From: Lentisphaerota bacterium
Lineage (GTDB): Bacteria > Verrucomicrobiota > Lentisphaeria > Victivallales > Victivallaceae
DNA: 64,000 nucleotides
Reading direction: 5' to 3'
NCBI GenBank assembly: GCA_015061545.1
Contig: SUWJ01000011.1
Coordinates: forward strand, 2,035-66,034
Positions 1 through 8,423 of this stretch are shown here, in pieces. A model generated the notes under the pieces. That model saw only the letters and a list, made by a program, of their open reading frames with translations, was not told the origin of the DNA and did no database searches. The translations under genes and the position numbers were made by a program. Every line of letters starts with the position of its first letter. The first letter of the stretch is position 1.

Positions 1-1690
1 TTTTTTCAGCCTCGCTGCCGGTAATGAACTTAAAGTACAGCGCCGCTGCCGTTGCGGTCAAAGAGCCGTCAGCAAATGATCCGTCAGGCTTGGCAAATTT
101 CTGCACAAAACTTTTCCGGATATTCTCTGCCAAATTCCGGAGCGCAGCCGCATCTTCTGTTTTGCCCAGCAAATCGGCAAACAACGCTGTACGCTGCACA
201 TTCTGGAAATAGTATCCGGAGGAAGTTACCTCCACCGGAGTTGTTGCCAAACGGTTCCAGTGGCACCAGTCACCCAGACCGAAGTTCAAAAGGAAGTTTC
301 TGGAACGGCTTTCACAATATTCCAAATAAAGCTTAAAGTTATCATAATAGCGCTCAATAAGTTCGCTGTTGCCGCTGAAGCGGTATACTTGATACGGATA
401 TTCAAAAAGTAAATTATCCCATGCCGGGCCGCTGCCCCAGTTGTAGCCCCAGCCACCGGTTGGCGCTATGCCGGGGAGCTGCCCGTTGGAACGCTGGCAA
501 TCGACCAGAACTTGCAGAAAATGGGCGTATGATTTTGCCATATCGAAGTTCCACAAGCCGGTTTCGGCAGCAACGGCAGCATCGCCTGTCCAGCCGTTTT
601 TCTCCCGGTGCGGGCAATCGGTCGGGATGCCTGTGTAGTTGGATTTATAGCTTTGCAGAGTATTTTTCTGCAAAGTATTGAGCAAAGCATCCGAAGATTC
701 CACTTTGCCGGATTCAGCAAACGCTGTATGCACAAACTCCGCAGTTATATCCAGCAGTTCCACATCGCCCAAACTCCAGAATTGGACATAACGGAATCCG
801 TGATAGGCAAACGAAGGCGCATAAACTTCACCATCCGGATCGCCTTTAAGAGTGTACTCATCGGTCTGAAATTTGCCAAAATTTTCATAAGGATCGATTT
901 CCTGCGTATTGATAAGTCCGGAAAGCGGATCGACCTTTTCTGCATACATAAGTTTTATCTGAGCTCCAGCCGGGCCCCTGACTTTGATCCGGCACCAACC
1001 GGTCAGATTTATTCCGAAGTCATAAGTCGATTCCCAGCAGGTGACAAACTTGCTGCTGACTGCCGGGTAACGCTGCATGACTTTGCAGGGCGGCATATCT
1101 TCGCGCACCACTCTGCCGCCTGGCGGCATACACAAAGCTGCTTTGCGCCACGCTCCGTCGTCGGTATCCGGATCGGCAAAACCATCAACTTCCAACCTCG
1201 CATCATAGGATTGACCGTTACGGAACCCGTCAAAAGTTATGGGACTTGGGTGAACTTTCCAACTCTCATCGCTTTGGGCAATGATCTGACCGTCAACTTC
1301 TATATCGCATAAAAGTTTGGGGTAATCCCGCCACGGAGCTTTGTCAAAGCTCCATTGGGGAACCTGACAGTTGAACAAGCCGTTGCCCAGCAGAACTGCA
1401 ATTGCATTTTTGCCTTTTTTGAGCAGATTTGTTACATCGTATTCAATGTATACCACGTGTTTATCAAACTGGCTTATTGCTGGAGCCAGCACCCGATCAT
1501 CGGCTTTCTGATTATTTACATAAAGCTCGTGCCAGCCCAGGCCGCAAAGATAGATCACTGCTTTTTGCGGCGCCGCAGCGCACTCAAATGTTTTTCGCAA
1601 ATAAGGAGCGGGCAAAACCTCTTCAGCAGGTGCCCCCATAGTTATTCCGGCATTGATCCAATAACCGTTCCACTTTCGTTCTGTAGACAT
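1..1690 (-). CDS. alpha-L-rhamnosidase, GH78 family (N-terminal ~563 codons; C-terminus runs off the left window edge)
   Basis: Absent from the ORF track because there is no in-window stop. Reverse-complement reading from ATG at 1690 gives MSTERKWNGYWINAGITMGAPAEEVLPAPYLRKTF... Later motifs are NYTGIPTDCPHREKNGWTGDAAV, GQLPGIAPTGGWGYNWGSGPAWD and FGLGDWC, the hallmark GH78 N-terminal and six-hairpin motifs. The frame stays open to position 2. Confidence 0.85.
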   Translation of the reverse strand, partial: MSTERKWNGYWINAGITMGAPAEEVLPAPYLRKTFECAAAPQKAVIYLCGLGWHELYVNNQKADDRVLAPAISQFDKHVVYIEYDVTNLLKKGKNAIAVLLGNGLFNCQVPQWSFDKAPWRDYPKLLCDIEVDGQIIAQSDESWKVHPSPITFDGFRNGQSYDARLEVDGFADPDTDDGAWRKAALCMPPGGRVVREDMPPCKVMQRYPAVSSKFVTCWESTYDFGINLTGWCRIKVRGPAGAQIKLMYAEKVDPLSGLINTQEIDPYENFGKFQTDEYTLKGDPDGEVYAPSFAYHGFRYVQFWSLGDVELLDITAEFVHTAFAESGKVESSDALLNTLQKNTLQSYKSNYTGIPTDCPHREKNGWTGDAAVAAETGLWNFDMAKSYAHFLQVLVDCQRSNGQLPGIAPTGGWGYNWGSGPAWDNLLFEYPYQVYRFSGNSELIERYYDNFKLYLEYCESRSRNFLLNFGLGDWCHWNRLATTPVEVTSSGYYFQNVQRTALFADLLGKTEDAAALRNLAENIRKSFVQKFAKPDGSFADGSLTATAAALYFKFITGSEAEK

Positions 1691-1935
1691 GGCTGTATTT
1701 TCCCAATTATACAATTAATTCGGCTTTAAATAAAGTAAATTACCACAAATCCGGCAATTTACCTGTTTTTTTATAAAAATTCAGCAAAATATTTTTAGTT
1801 TTCTCTTCTAATCATCGGTATAAAACTTTCTGCTGCAAGCGATCAGAAGGATCTGGCAAGCTGTCAAAACGGATTTTTTTTGTAAAAATCAGTATTAACC
1901 GGTAAATGATATTACATCACAACCGCGTACATTGA

Positions 1936-1975
1936 TAAAAAATAAGGGCCTGTTGCGATGTTTTGCCACAGACCC
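1936..1975 (-). terminator. candidate intrinsic terminator downstream of the 2002-2442 gene
   Basis: On the minus strand, GGGTCTGT(14-nt loop)ACAGGCCC forms 8 bp including one G.U, followed by TTATTTTTT. Confidence 0.45.
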
Positions 1976-2001
1976 TGAAAGGATGTAATGTACAGCTTTA
2001 A

Positions 2002-2442
2002 TTATTGGCGCTTCCAGTATCTTCTGCCGCTGTCGGGGCGGAAGAACGTTTTTACTGCGCCGTTTTTGGTCGTTACTCCGAAAAGGTTCTCTTTTTCGTA
2101 GTAAAAAAGCCGATCCCCGTTGGAACGTCGTTTGAATTCGGTGCCTTTGGGGGGCGTTTTGAAAAACTTCAATGCCGCATTGCCATATTCCGCTGCCGTT
2201 TTATACTCGGGAAATTCCGCCCGGTGTTTACGGAAATGCCGCTCCAGATTACCCTGGTGCCAGAAATACTTGATCTGTTTGGCTGCGGCGGGATCCTTTA
2301 CCGATTTTTTACTGTCAGCGGTGTCGGCTGCGGTAAGTTGAGTTTTGTTTTCTGCTGCCGATGCCGCCTGCAGCTGGAATATACTTGTATTGGCGGTAAA
2401 TCCCAGCAAAAATAGCAGCAGCAGTAAGCAATTCTTTTTCAT
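2002..2442 (-). CDS. small secreted protein of unknown function (146 aa) with HxxKH..EF motif; possible small RNase/toxin-like domain (tentative)
   Basis: N-terminal signal peptide MKKNCLLLLLFLLGFTANTSIFQLQAASA. C-terminal ~85 aa read WHQGNLERHFRKHRAEFPEYKTAAEYGNAALKFF...GDRLFYYEKENLFGVTTKNGAVKTFFRPDSGRRYW. It has its own terminator-like hairpin. Confidence 0.7.
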   Translation of the reverse strand: MKKNCLLLLLFLLGFTANTSIFQLQAASAAENKTQLTAADTADSKKSVKDPAAAKQIKYFWHQGNLERHFRKHRAEFPEYKTAAEYGNAALKFFKTPPKGTEFKRRSNGDRLFYYEKENLFGVTTKNGAVKTFFRPDSGRRYWKRQ

Positions 2443-2473
2443 TTATCAAATCCCCCTGAATTTTGATTGCTGA

Positions 2474-2523
2474 TAAAAAAACAGGACTGCGGACAATTTG
2501 TAAACTCCTTGCCGCAGTCCTGT
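2474..2523 (-). terminator. intrinsic terminator after leuA
   Basis: ACAGGACTGCGG / CCGCAGTCCTGT, a 12-bp perfect stem (2481-2492 / 2512-2523), followed on the minus strand by a T7 run. Confidence 0.7.
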
Positions 2524-2539
2524 TTAATGTTTGACTTGT

Positions 2540-4252
2540 TTATTTGCCTGATTCGCGCACGGCGCAGTTGATGGCGCTTACCAGCGCTGCTACTGCGGTA
2601 CGGGCAATATCCGGGTGGGACCCGGCACCGTACACCAGCTTTTTGCCATCCAGCAGACGGATTCCCACAAATGCCAGCGCGGTAGCGTTCTTATCTTTGC
2701 CCATGGTGTGTTCGCTGTAATCTTCCAGCTTGAACTCAGGCACCAGCGAGCAGTTCTGCAGACCGCTGGTAACTGCCGACAGAATACCGTTGCCGTGAGC
2801 ATTGATGATCTCTTCGGAATCACCGCAGCGCAGCGTAAACTGTACTTCCACCAAACCTTCCGCAATATTCTGCGTAATGCGGGAATATTCTGAAATATTG
2901 TAAGGCCCGTTGAGGTTGACAAAGTTTTCTTCAAAGATATCGCGCACCGTCTGCGCGGTTATTTCGCAGCCCAGCTTGTCGGTAACTTTCTGCACCGCAG
3001 CGCCGATTGCGGGGTGCATGGCTTTGGGGGCAAAGATCCCGAATTCCTTTTCCAGTACATATGCCACGCCGCCTTTGCCCGACTGGCTGTTGATGCGGAT
3101 AAGCTGTTCGTAGTTGCGCCCCACATCCCGCGGATCGATATGCAGATACGGTATCTTCCAGCCCTGACCGAAATATTGCCCGATCTCTTCGCGCCGATCC
3201 ATGCCCTTGCGGATAGCATCCTGATGCGAACCCGAAAACGCGGTAAACACCAGTTTGCCTGCGTAGGGGTGACGGCAATGCACATCGATCCCTGACGCGT
3301 GTTCCACAATATCCACGATCTTGGGCAATTCCGAGAAATCCAACCCCGTTTCGATCCCGCGGCTGTAGAGATTCATCGCCAGAACCAATATATCCAGATT
3401 CCCGGTGCGTTCGCCGTGGCCGAAAATCGTCCCTTCAGCGCGCTCTGCTCCTGCCAGCAATGCCAACTCGCTGGCGGCAACGGCACAGCCCTGATCGTTG
3501 TGCGCATGAATACTGATCGTGCTTTCATCCATATAAGGATAATTGTCGATAAAGTATTCGATCATATCTGCATACTGATTGGGCGGACGCCGTTCCACGG
3601 TGGCGGGCAAGTTCAGAATAAAATCGCTTTTGGCTGATTTGCCCCAGGTATCTTTGACCTTTTTGCAAACGTCGATCACAAAATCCAGATCGCTGTCGGT
3701 AAATTCTTCGGGCGAAAACTCATAGCTTATCACATCTTTGAGTCCCGCTTCATCCACATATTTACGCACCAGCGCCGTACCTGCTATTGCCATATCTTCG
3801 ACCTGCTGGTGATCGCTGTTGAAGACGAATTTGCCATGCAGATCGCTGGTGGCGACATAGCAATGCACGATTGCCTGTTTGACTCCCGACAATGATTCAA
3901 CGGTACGTTTGATCAAATGCTCCCGCGCCTGAGTCAATACCGAGATCTTGACATCTGCAGGAATATGACCGCCTTCGATCAACTGCCGCACAAAGTCAAA
4001 ATCGTCCTGCGACGCCGAAGGAAACCCTACTTCGATTTCTTTGAAGCCGATATCGCAGAGCATCTTGAAATACTCCAGTTTTACTTCCGGCGACATAGGG
4101 ATCGGCAGCGCCTGATTGCCGTCGCGCAAGTCCACGCTTACCCAGGTGGGAGGGCGCGTTATGGTTTTATCCGGCCATTGACGTGATTTTACCGGAATGG
4201 GGTCCGGTGATTTATAGTTTGATTTACAGCTCATTTTTCTATTCACTTTCAT
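2540..4252 (-). CDS. leuA: 2-isopropylmalate synthase (long form)
   Basis: 570-aa ORF with RPPTWVSVDLRDGNQAL and HAHNDQGCAVAASELALLAGAERAEGT (DRE-TIM metal site), plus a C-terminal LeuA dimerisation/regulatory region. Confidence 0.93.
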   Translation of the reverse strand: MKVNRKMSCKSNYKSPDPIPVKSRQWPDKTITRPPTWVSVDLRDGNQALPIPMSPEVKLEYFKMLCDIGFKEIEVGFPSASQDDFDFVRQLIEGGHIPADVKISVLTQAREHLIKRTVESLSGVKQAIVHCYVATSDLHGKFVFNSDHQQVEDMAIAGTALVRKYVDEAGLKDVISYEFSPEEFTDSDLDFVIDVCKKVKDTWGKSAKSDFILNLPATVERRPPNQYADMIEYFIDNYPYMDESTISIHAHNDQGCAVAASELALLAGAERAEGTIFGHGERTGNLDILVLAMNLYSRGIETGLDFSELPKIVDIVEHASGIDVHCRHPYAGKLVFTAFSGSHQDAIRKGMDRREEIGQYFGQGWKIPYLHIDPRDVGRNYEQLIRINSQSGKGGVAYVLEKEFGIFAPKAMHPAIGAAVQKVTDKLGCEITAQTVRDIFEENFVNLNGPYNISEYSRITQNIAEGLVEVQFTLRCGDSEEIINAHGNGILSAVTSGLQNCSLVPEFKLEDYSEHTMGKDKNATALAFVGIRLLDGKKLVYGAGSHPDIARTAVAALVSAINCAVRESGK

Positions 4253-4362
4253 ATATTAAAAATAATTATAATCACGATTAATATAACTCCAATATGCACT
4301 TTCTGCCAATTGAAAACGCTTTGAAGATAATTAAAAACGAAGATTTTACCGCCAAAACTCTG

Positions 4363-5169
4363 TCAGAACTTGCCGTTGACGATCCGCGCCGCTGCGCACG
4401 CTGCCCCGAAGCCGTTGTCGATATTGACCACCGTAACGCCGCTGGCACAGCTGTTAAGCATTGCCAGCATCGGAGTAAGCCCCTGCAGATTGGCGCCGTA
4501 GCCCACGCTGGTCGGCAGCGCAATGACGGGGGCTTTGATCAAGCCAGCCACCACACTCGGCAGCGCTCCTTCCATCCCCGCAGCGGCGATCACAGCATCG
4601 GCACTTTGCAGCTCGGGCAGCACTTTCAGCAAGCGGTGGATCGCTGCTACGCCCACATCCACGATCAGTTTGGTATGGCAGTTGCACGCTCTCAAGGTCA
4701 TTTCCGCTTCCGTGGCTGCAGGCAGATCGCTGGTGCCGGCGGCAAGGATCACAACTTTACCGCGGAGAGTGCGTTCCTTTTGCAGATAGAGAAATGTTCC
4801 GCTGCGCGGATCGAATTCCGCATCCGGAAATGCCTGCATAAGTTTTTCACCTGCTTGCGTTTGCACCCGGGTCGCCAGCACGTTGACGCCGCTGGCATAG
4901 AGTTCAGGCACGATTTTAAGCTGCTCTTCGGCCGTTTTTCCAGCACCGTAAATAAATTCAGGAAAACCGCAGCGGTCCTTCCTGTTACGGTCGAGTCTGG
5001 CAACGACCAAATCGCCTCCATCCTGCAATACGGGCATTTCGGCGCACTCCTTATCCGCAGCGGCCATGGCAAATGCTCCTGCCAGATCGATCGATCCGGC
5101 TTGCAGTTTTCTTAAAATTTCCTCAATTACTGCCATAATCAGCGTGAACTCCATTTGACATTTTGTCAA
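4363..5169 (-). CDS. larB: nickel-pincer cofactor biosynthesis protein LarB (PurE-like carboxylase/hydrolase)
   Basis: Motifs GFPEFIYGAGKT, VVILAAGTSDLPAATEAE, DVGVAAIHRL, AAAGMEGALPSVVAGL..PVIALPTSVGYG and VVNIDNGFGAA. The start could instead be an internal Met at 5154 or 5136. Confidence 0.85.
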   Translation of the reverse strand: MTKCQMEFTLIMAVIEEILRKLQAGSIDLAGAFAMAAADKECAEMPVLQDGGDLVVARLDRNRKDRCGFPEFIYGAGKTAEEQLKIVPELYASGVNVLATRVQTQAGEKLMQAFPDAEFDPRSGTFLYLQKERTLRGKVVILAAGTSDLPAATEAEMTLRACNCHTKLIVDVGVAAIHRLLKVLPELQSADAVIAAAGMEGALPSVVAGLIKAPVIALPTSVGYGANLQGLTPMLAMLNSCASGVTVVNIDNGFGAACAAARIVNGKF

Positions 5170-5226
5170 AACAATGTATCATAATATAGCATAAGTGCAA
5201 ATTTTTTTATGAGGATTTTTTGTAAA

Positions 5227-5799
5227 ATGGATCAAAAAACGATTCCCCACCGTCGCAAATGCTGCTTTTTTGATCGTGACGGCGTTGCCAATGTGGAAGT
5301 GGACTATCTGCACGAGGCGGAAAAAACGGTTTTGGAAGCGGGGTTTGTCGAGGCGGTAAAGGCGGCTCATGCCAACGGATATCTGGCGGTTATCATTACC
5401 AATCAGGCAGGGATCGCCCGCGGTATGTTCTCTTTGCAGGAGCTTTATCAGGTGCATGAGCGTATTCAGGAATTGCTGGCGGAGCAGGGCGAAAAGATTG
5501 ACGCGATTTACTTTTGCCCCCATCACCCCGACTATACGGGGGTATGCAATTGCCGCAAACCCGCCCCGGGGATGATTCTGAAAGCTGCTGAAGAGCTGAA
5601 TATTGATTTGGCGCAGTCGTTGATGATCGGCGACCGTTTGAGCGATTGTCAATGCGGTAAAAACGCCGGGTGCAAGGCAAGCTATCTGGTGCGTACCGGC
5701 TACGGACTGAAAACGCTGACTGCCAATCCTGACCCCGGATTTCCCGTGGCGGATAACTCCTATGCTGCATTTATGGATTTTTTGAAAAATCAAGAATAG
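5227..5799 (+). CDS. gmhB: HAD-IIIA phosphatase, D-glycero-D-manno-heptose 1,7-bisphosphate phosphatase-like
   Basis: Motifs FFDRDGVANV, ITNQAGIARG, CPHHPDYTGVCNCRKPAPGM and GDRLSD. ATG 5227 is preceded by GAGGA; the in-frame ATG at 5209 is an alternative start. Confidence 0.8.
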   Translation: MDQKTIPHRRKCCFFDRDGVANVEVDYLHEAEKTVLEAGFVEAVKAAHANGYLAVIITNQAGIARGMFSLQELYQVHERIQELLAEQGEKIDAIYFCPHHPDYTGVCNCRKPAPGMILKAAEELNIDLAQSLMIGDRLSDCQCGKNAGCKASYLVRTGYGLKTLTANPDPGFPVADNSYAAFMDFLKNQE

Positions 5800-5804
5800 T
5801 TGTT

Positions 5805-6329
5805 ATGAGCGAAAATGAACTTCCAACCTCAGAAAAGATCTGGCGGGTGATCCGTAATTTTTTTCTGCCGCGGCTTAACAGATGGTTTTTTCTCCGCCTT
5901 GCCGTTACGGTGGTGCTGGCGGTGATAATCTTCAAATACCTTCTGGTACCCTGTGTTATTTCCGGCGCCAGTATGGAGCCGACGGTACATTCCAGCGGAT
6001 TCACCTTCTGCTGGCGGGGCAGTTATTGGCGGAAAGCGCCACAGCGCGGCGATATTGTAATTATTAAATACGACAACAATATCTACTTTCTAAAGCGCAT
6101 TGTCGGTTTGCCCGGCGAAACGGTGGAGTTCCGCGACGGCAAACTTTTTATCAATGGAATCGCTCAGGACGAGCCTTACGTTAAGTTCAATTCCGACTGG
6201 AATATGCACCCTGAAACCGTCGAAAGCGGTCACTTCTATGTAGTCGGCGACAACCGTTCAATGCCCATTGTTCAGCATCAGAAGGGTGCAGTCCGCGCCA
6301 AACGGATCATCGGCCAGCCCGCATTTTGA
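5805..6329 (+). CDS. lepB: signal peptidase I
   Basis: N-terminal TM segment, then SGASMEPT (catalytic Ser), GDIVIIK, LKRIVGLPGETVEF (catalytic Lys box) and GDNRSMP. Confidence 0.9.
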   Translation: MSENELPTSEKIWRVIRNFFLPRLNRWFFLRLAVTVVLAVIIFKYLLVPCVISGASMEPTVHSSGFTFCWRGSYWRKAPQRGDIVIIKYDNNIYFLKRIVGLPGETVEFRDGKLFINGIAQDEPYVKFNSDWNMHPETVESGHFYVVGDNRSMPIVQHQKGAVRAKRIIGQPAF

Positions 6330-6518
6330 TTAAGTTCTGTTGTTAATATTGGTTGATAAACGGTAAGGATCCCGGATCGGATTTCAGGGTGATGATTTTC
6401 CGTCTTTGCCTTGCAGGCTGCGCCGTGATAAGTTGAGGGAGCGGGAAAGCACCGATCAAGTAAAAGGTTTTTCCCGCTTCACCGAGGTTCTCCAATCAAC
6501 CCTTACCGGGCGCAGAGC

Positions 6519-8420
6519 TTATCGGAAAAGTCCGATCCCGACATCGGAAGGCATATTCCACACTCCGCGGGGCGACAGGCTTACGGCTGTTGCCTGGGCG
6601 CCGTCGGGCGAGCAGGAGCGTTTGAACTGCTGGGTCATAAAACGGCGCAGGAATATACTGAGCGTTTTTTCGATAATATCTTTGCTGTAAACATCCTGCC
6701 ACGCTTCAAATGCCAGCGCCGCAAGTTTTTCGCGGGAGAAATTCCCCTGAATAAAGTAGTAGAGGAAAAAGTCGTGCAGCTCGTAAGGCCCTATAATATC
6801 TTCGGTCTTCTGCTCAATATTTCCCGTGGCATCAGGCGGCAGCAGTTCGGGGCTGACGGGGGTTTCCAGAATACTTTTCAGCACTTCGGCAAGTTCGCCG
6901 CCGTTTTCCGAGGCGATATGTTCGACTACCATGCGGACAAGTGTTTTGGGTACGGAACTGTTCACCCCGTACATCGACATATGGTCGCCGTTATATGTAC
7001 ACCAGCCCAGCGCCATCTCGGAGAGGTCGCCCGTGCCGACGACCATGCCGGAAAACTTGTTGGCTGCATCCATAAGGATTTGCGTGCGTTCTCTGGCCTG
7101 CACATTTTCGTAAGTATTGTCCAATATGGCAGGATCGTGGGCAATATCGGCAAAATGCTGACGGCAGGCGGGCGTTATGTCAATTGCCTGCAGCGGAATG
7201 TTCAAACATTCGCACAATTTGCCGCTGTTGCCTTTGGTAACGGCAGTAGTGCCGAAGCCCGGCATGGTATAGGCCTGAATCGTGTCCATGGGCAGATTCA
7301 TCCGCAACATACATTGATGGGCAACCAGCAGCGCCAGCGTGGAATCCAGCCCGCCTGAAACGCCGATGATGAGTTTTTTACTGCGGGAGCTTTCAAAACG
7401 CCGCATCAGTCCTGTGACCTGAATGTTGAATATATCGCTGCACATCTCTTCAAAACTCTGGCTGAGCGGCCAGAAGGGATAAGGGTCGATCCTTGCCGCT
7501 GCCAGATCCGGCGATTGCGGAACGGTTTGCGGGCAATCAATAAAGTCGTAATCAGCGGCATCGACCGCTTGATCAAAGAAACTGGAACTGGTGCGGCGGA
7601 AGGATTCAAGCAGTTCAAAATCCACATCCGCATAGATCATATAATCTTGGCGCCAGAAGCGTTCGCCTTCATTTTCCACGCTGCCGTTGACCGCGATCAG
7701 GGAGTGCCCGGCATAGACCGCATCGGTGGTCGATTCATAGATACCTGCCGGGGCAAGGACGTAGGCGGAGTTGAGCCGCGCACTCTGCATGGCGACCAGA
7801 TCGCGGCGGAAGTCAGCTTTGCCGCATTGTTCGGTGCAGGCAGCAGGATTGAAAATCGCCAGCGCCCCCGCCGCAGCCAGTTGATTCGACGGCGGAGTCA
7901 CGCTCCAGAGATCTTCGCAGATTTCCACGCCGAAGGCGAAATTGTTTCCACCGCGGAAAATGGCGCGGGCAGAAAAAATTACATCATATTCGCCGATCTT
8001 TACAATGGCGGTTTTTACCCCTTTGCCCGAAGCAAAATAACGCTTTTCGTTGAATTCGCGGTAATTGGGCTGCTGCTGTTTGGGGATTGCGGCAACGATG
8101 GTGCCATGCTGCATAACCAGAGCGCAGTTGTAGAGTTTGCCGTGAACTTTCACTACCGAGCCGACGATGGCAACTGTATTTTTGTTGGCGGTGGCCTGCG
8201 CGATTTCAACGGCGGCAGCTTCGGTTGCCTTCAGCAGCGTATCCTGAAAGATCAGATCGCCGACGGTATAGCCGGTAATGCACATTTCGGGGAAGACTAC
8301 CGCAGCGGTGGCGCAATCGGCTGCTTCGTTGTAAAGTTTGATGATCTCCGCAGCATTAGCAACGGGATCAGCCAGCGAAAGCCGCGGCGTGGCAGCGGCA
8401 AGACGGTAAAATCCAAACAT
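6519..8420 (-). CDS. nadE: glutamine-dependent NAD+ synthetase
   Basis: 633 aa with an N-terminal CN-hydrolase (nitrilase-like) domain and a C-terminal PP-loop domain carrying IGVSGGLDSTLALLV. Confidence 0.93.
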   Translation of the reverse strand: MFGFYRLAAATPRLSLADPVANAAEIIKLYNEAADCATAAVVFPEMCITGYTVGDLIFQDTLLKATEAAAVEIAQATANKNTVAIVGSVVKVHGKLYNCALVMQHGTIVAAIPKQQQPNYREFNEKRYFASGKGVKTAIVKIGEYDVIFSARAIFRGGNNFAFGVEICEDLWSVTPPSNQLAAAGALAIFNPAACTEQCGKADFRRDLVAMQSARLNSAYVLAPAGIYESTTDAVYAGHSLIAVNGSVENEGERFWRQDYMIYADVDFELLESFRRTSSSFFDQAVDAADYDFIDCPQTVPQSPDLAAARIDPYPFWPLSQSFEEMCSDIFNIQVTGLMRRFESSRSKKLIIGVSGGLDSTLALLVAHQCMLRMNLPMDTIQAYTMPGFGTTAVTKGNSGKLCECLNIPLQAIDITPACRQHFADIAHDPAILDNTYENVQARERTQILMDAANKFSGMVVGTGDLSEMALGWCTYNGDHMSMYGVNSSVPKTLVRMVVEHIASENGGELAEVLKSILETPVSPELLPPDATGNIEQKTEDIIGPYELHDFFLYYFIQGNFSREKLAALAFEAWQDVYSKDIIEKTLSIFLRRFMTQQFKRSCSPDGAQATAVSLSPRGVWNMPSDVGIGLFR

Positions 8421-8423
8421 ATT

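Noticed and set aside
608-1729. Plus-strand ORFs 608-1312 (234 aa) and 1355-1729 (124 aa) at the left edge
   Set aside because: The minus strand here encodes an uninterrupted GH78 rhamnosidase (ATG 1690 to the window edge) with hallmark motifs. The plus-strand ORFs are antisense shadows. The real gene is missing from the track only because its stop is outside the window.
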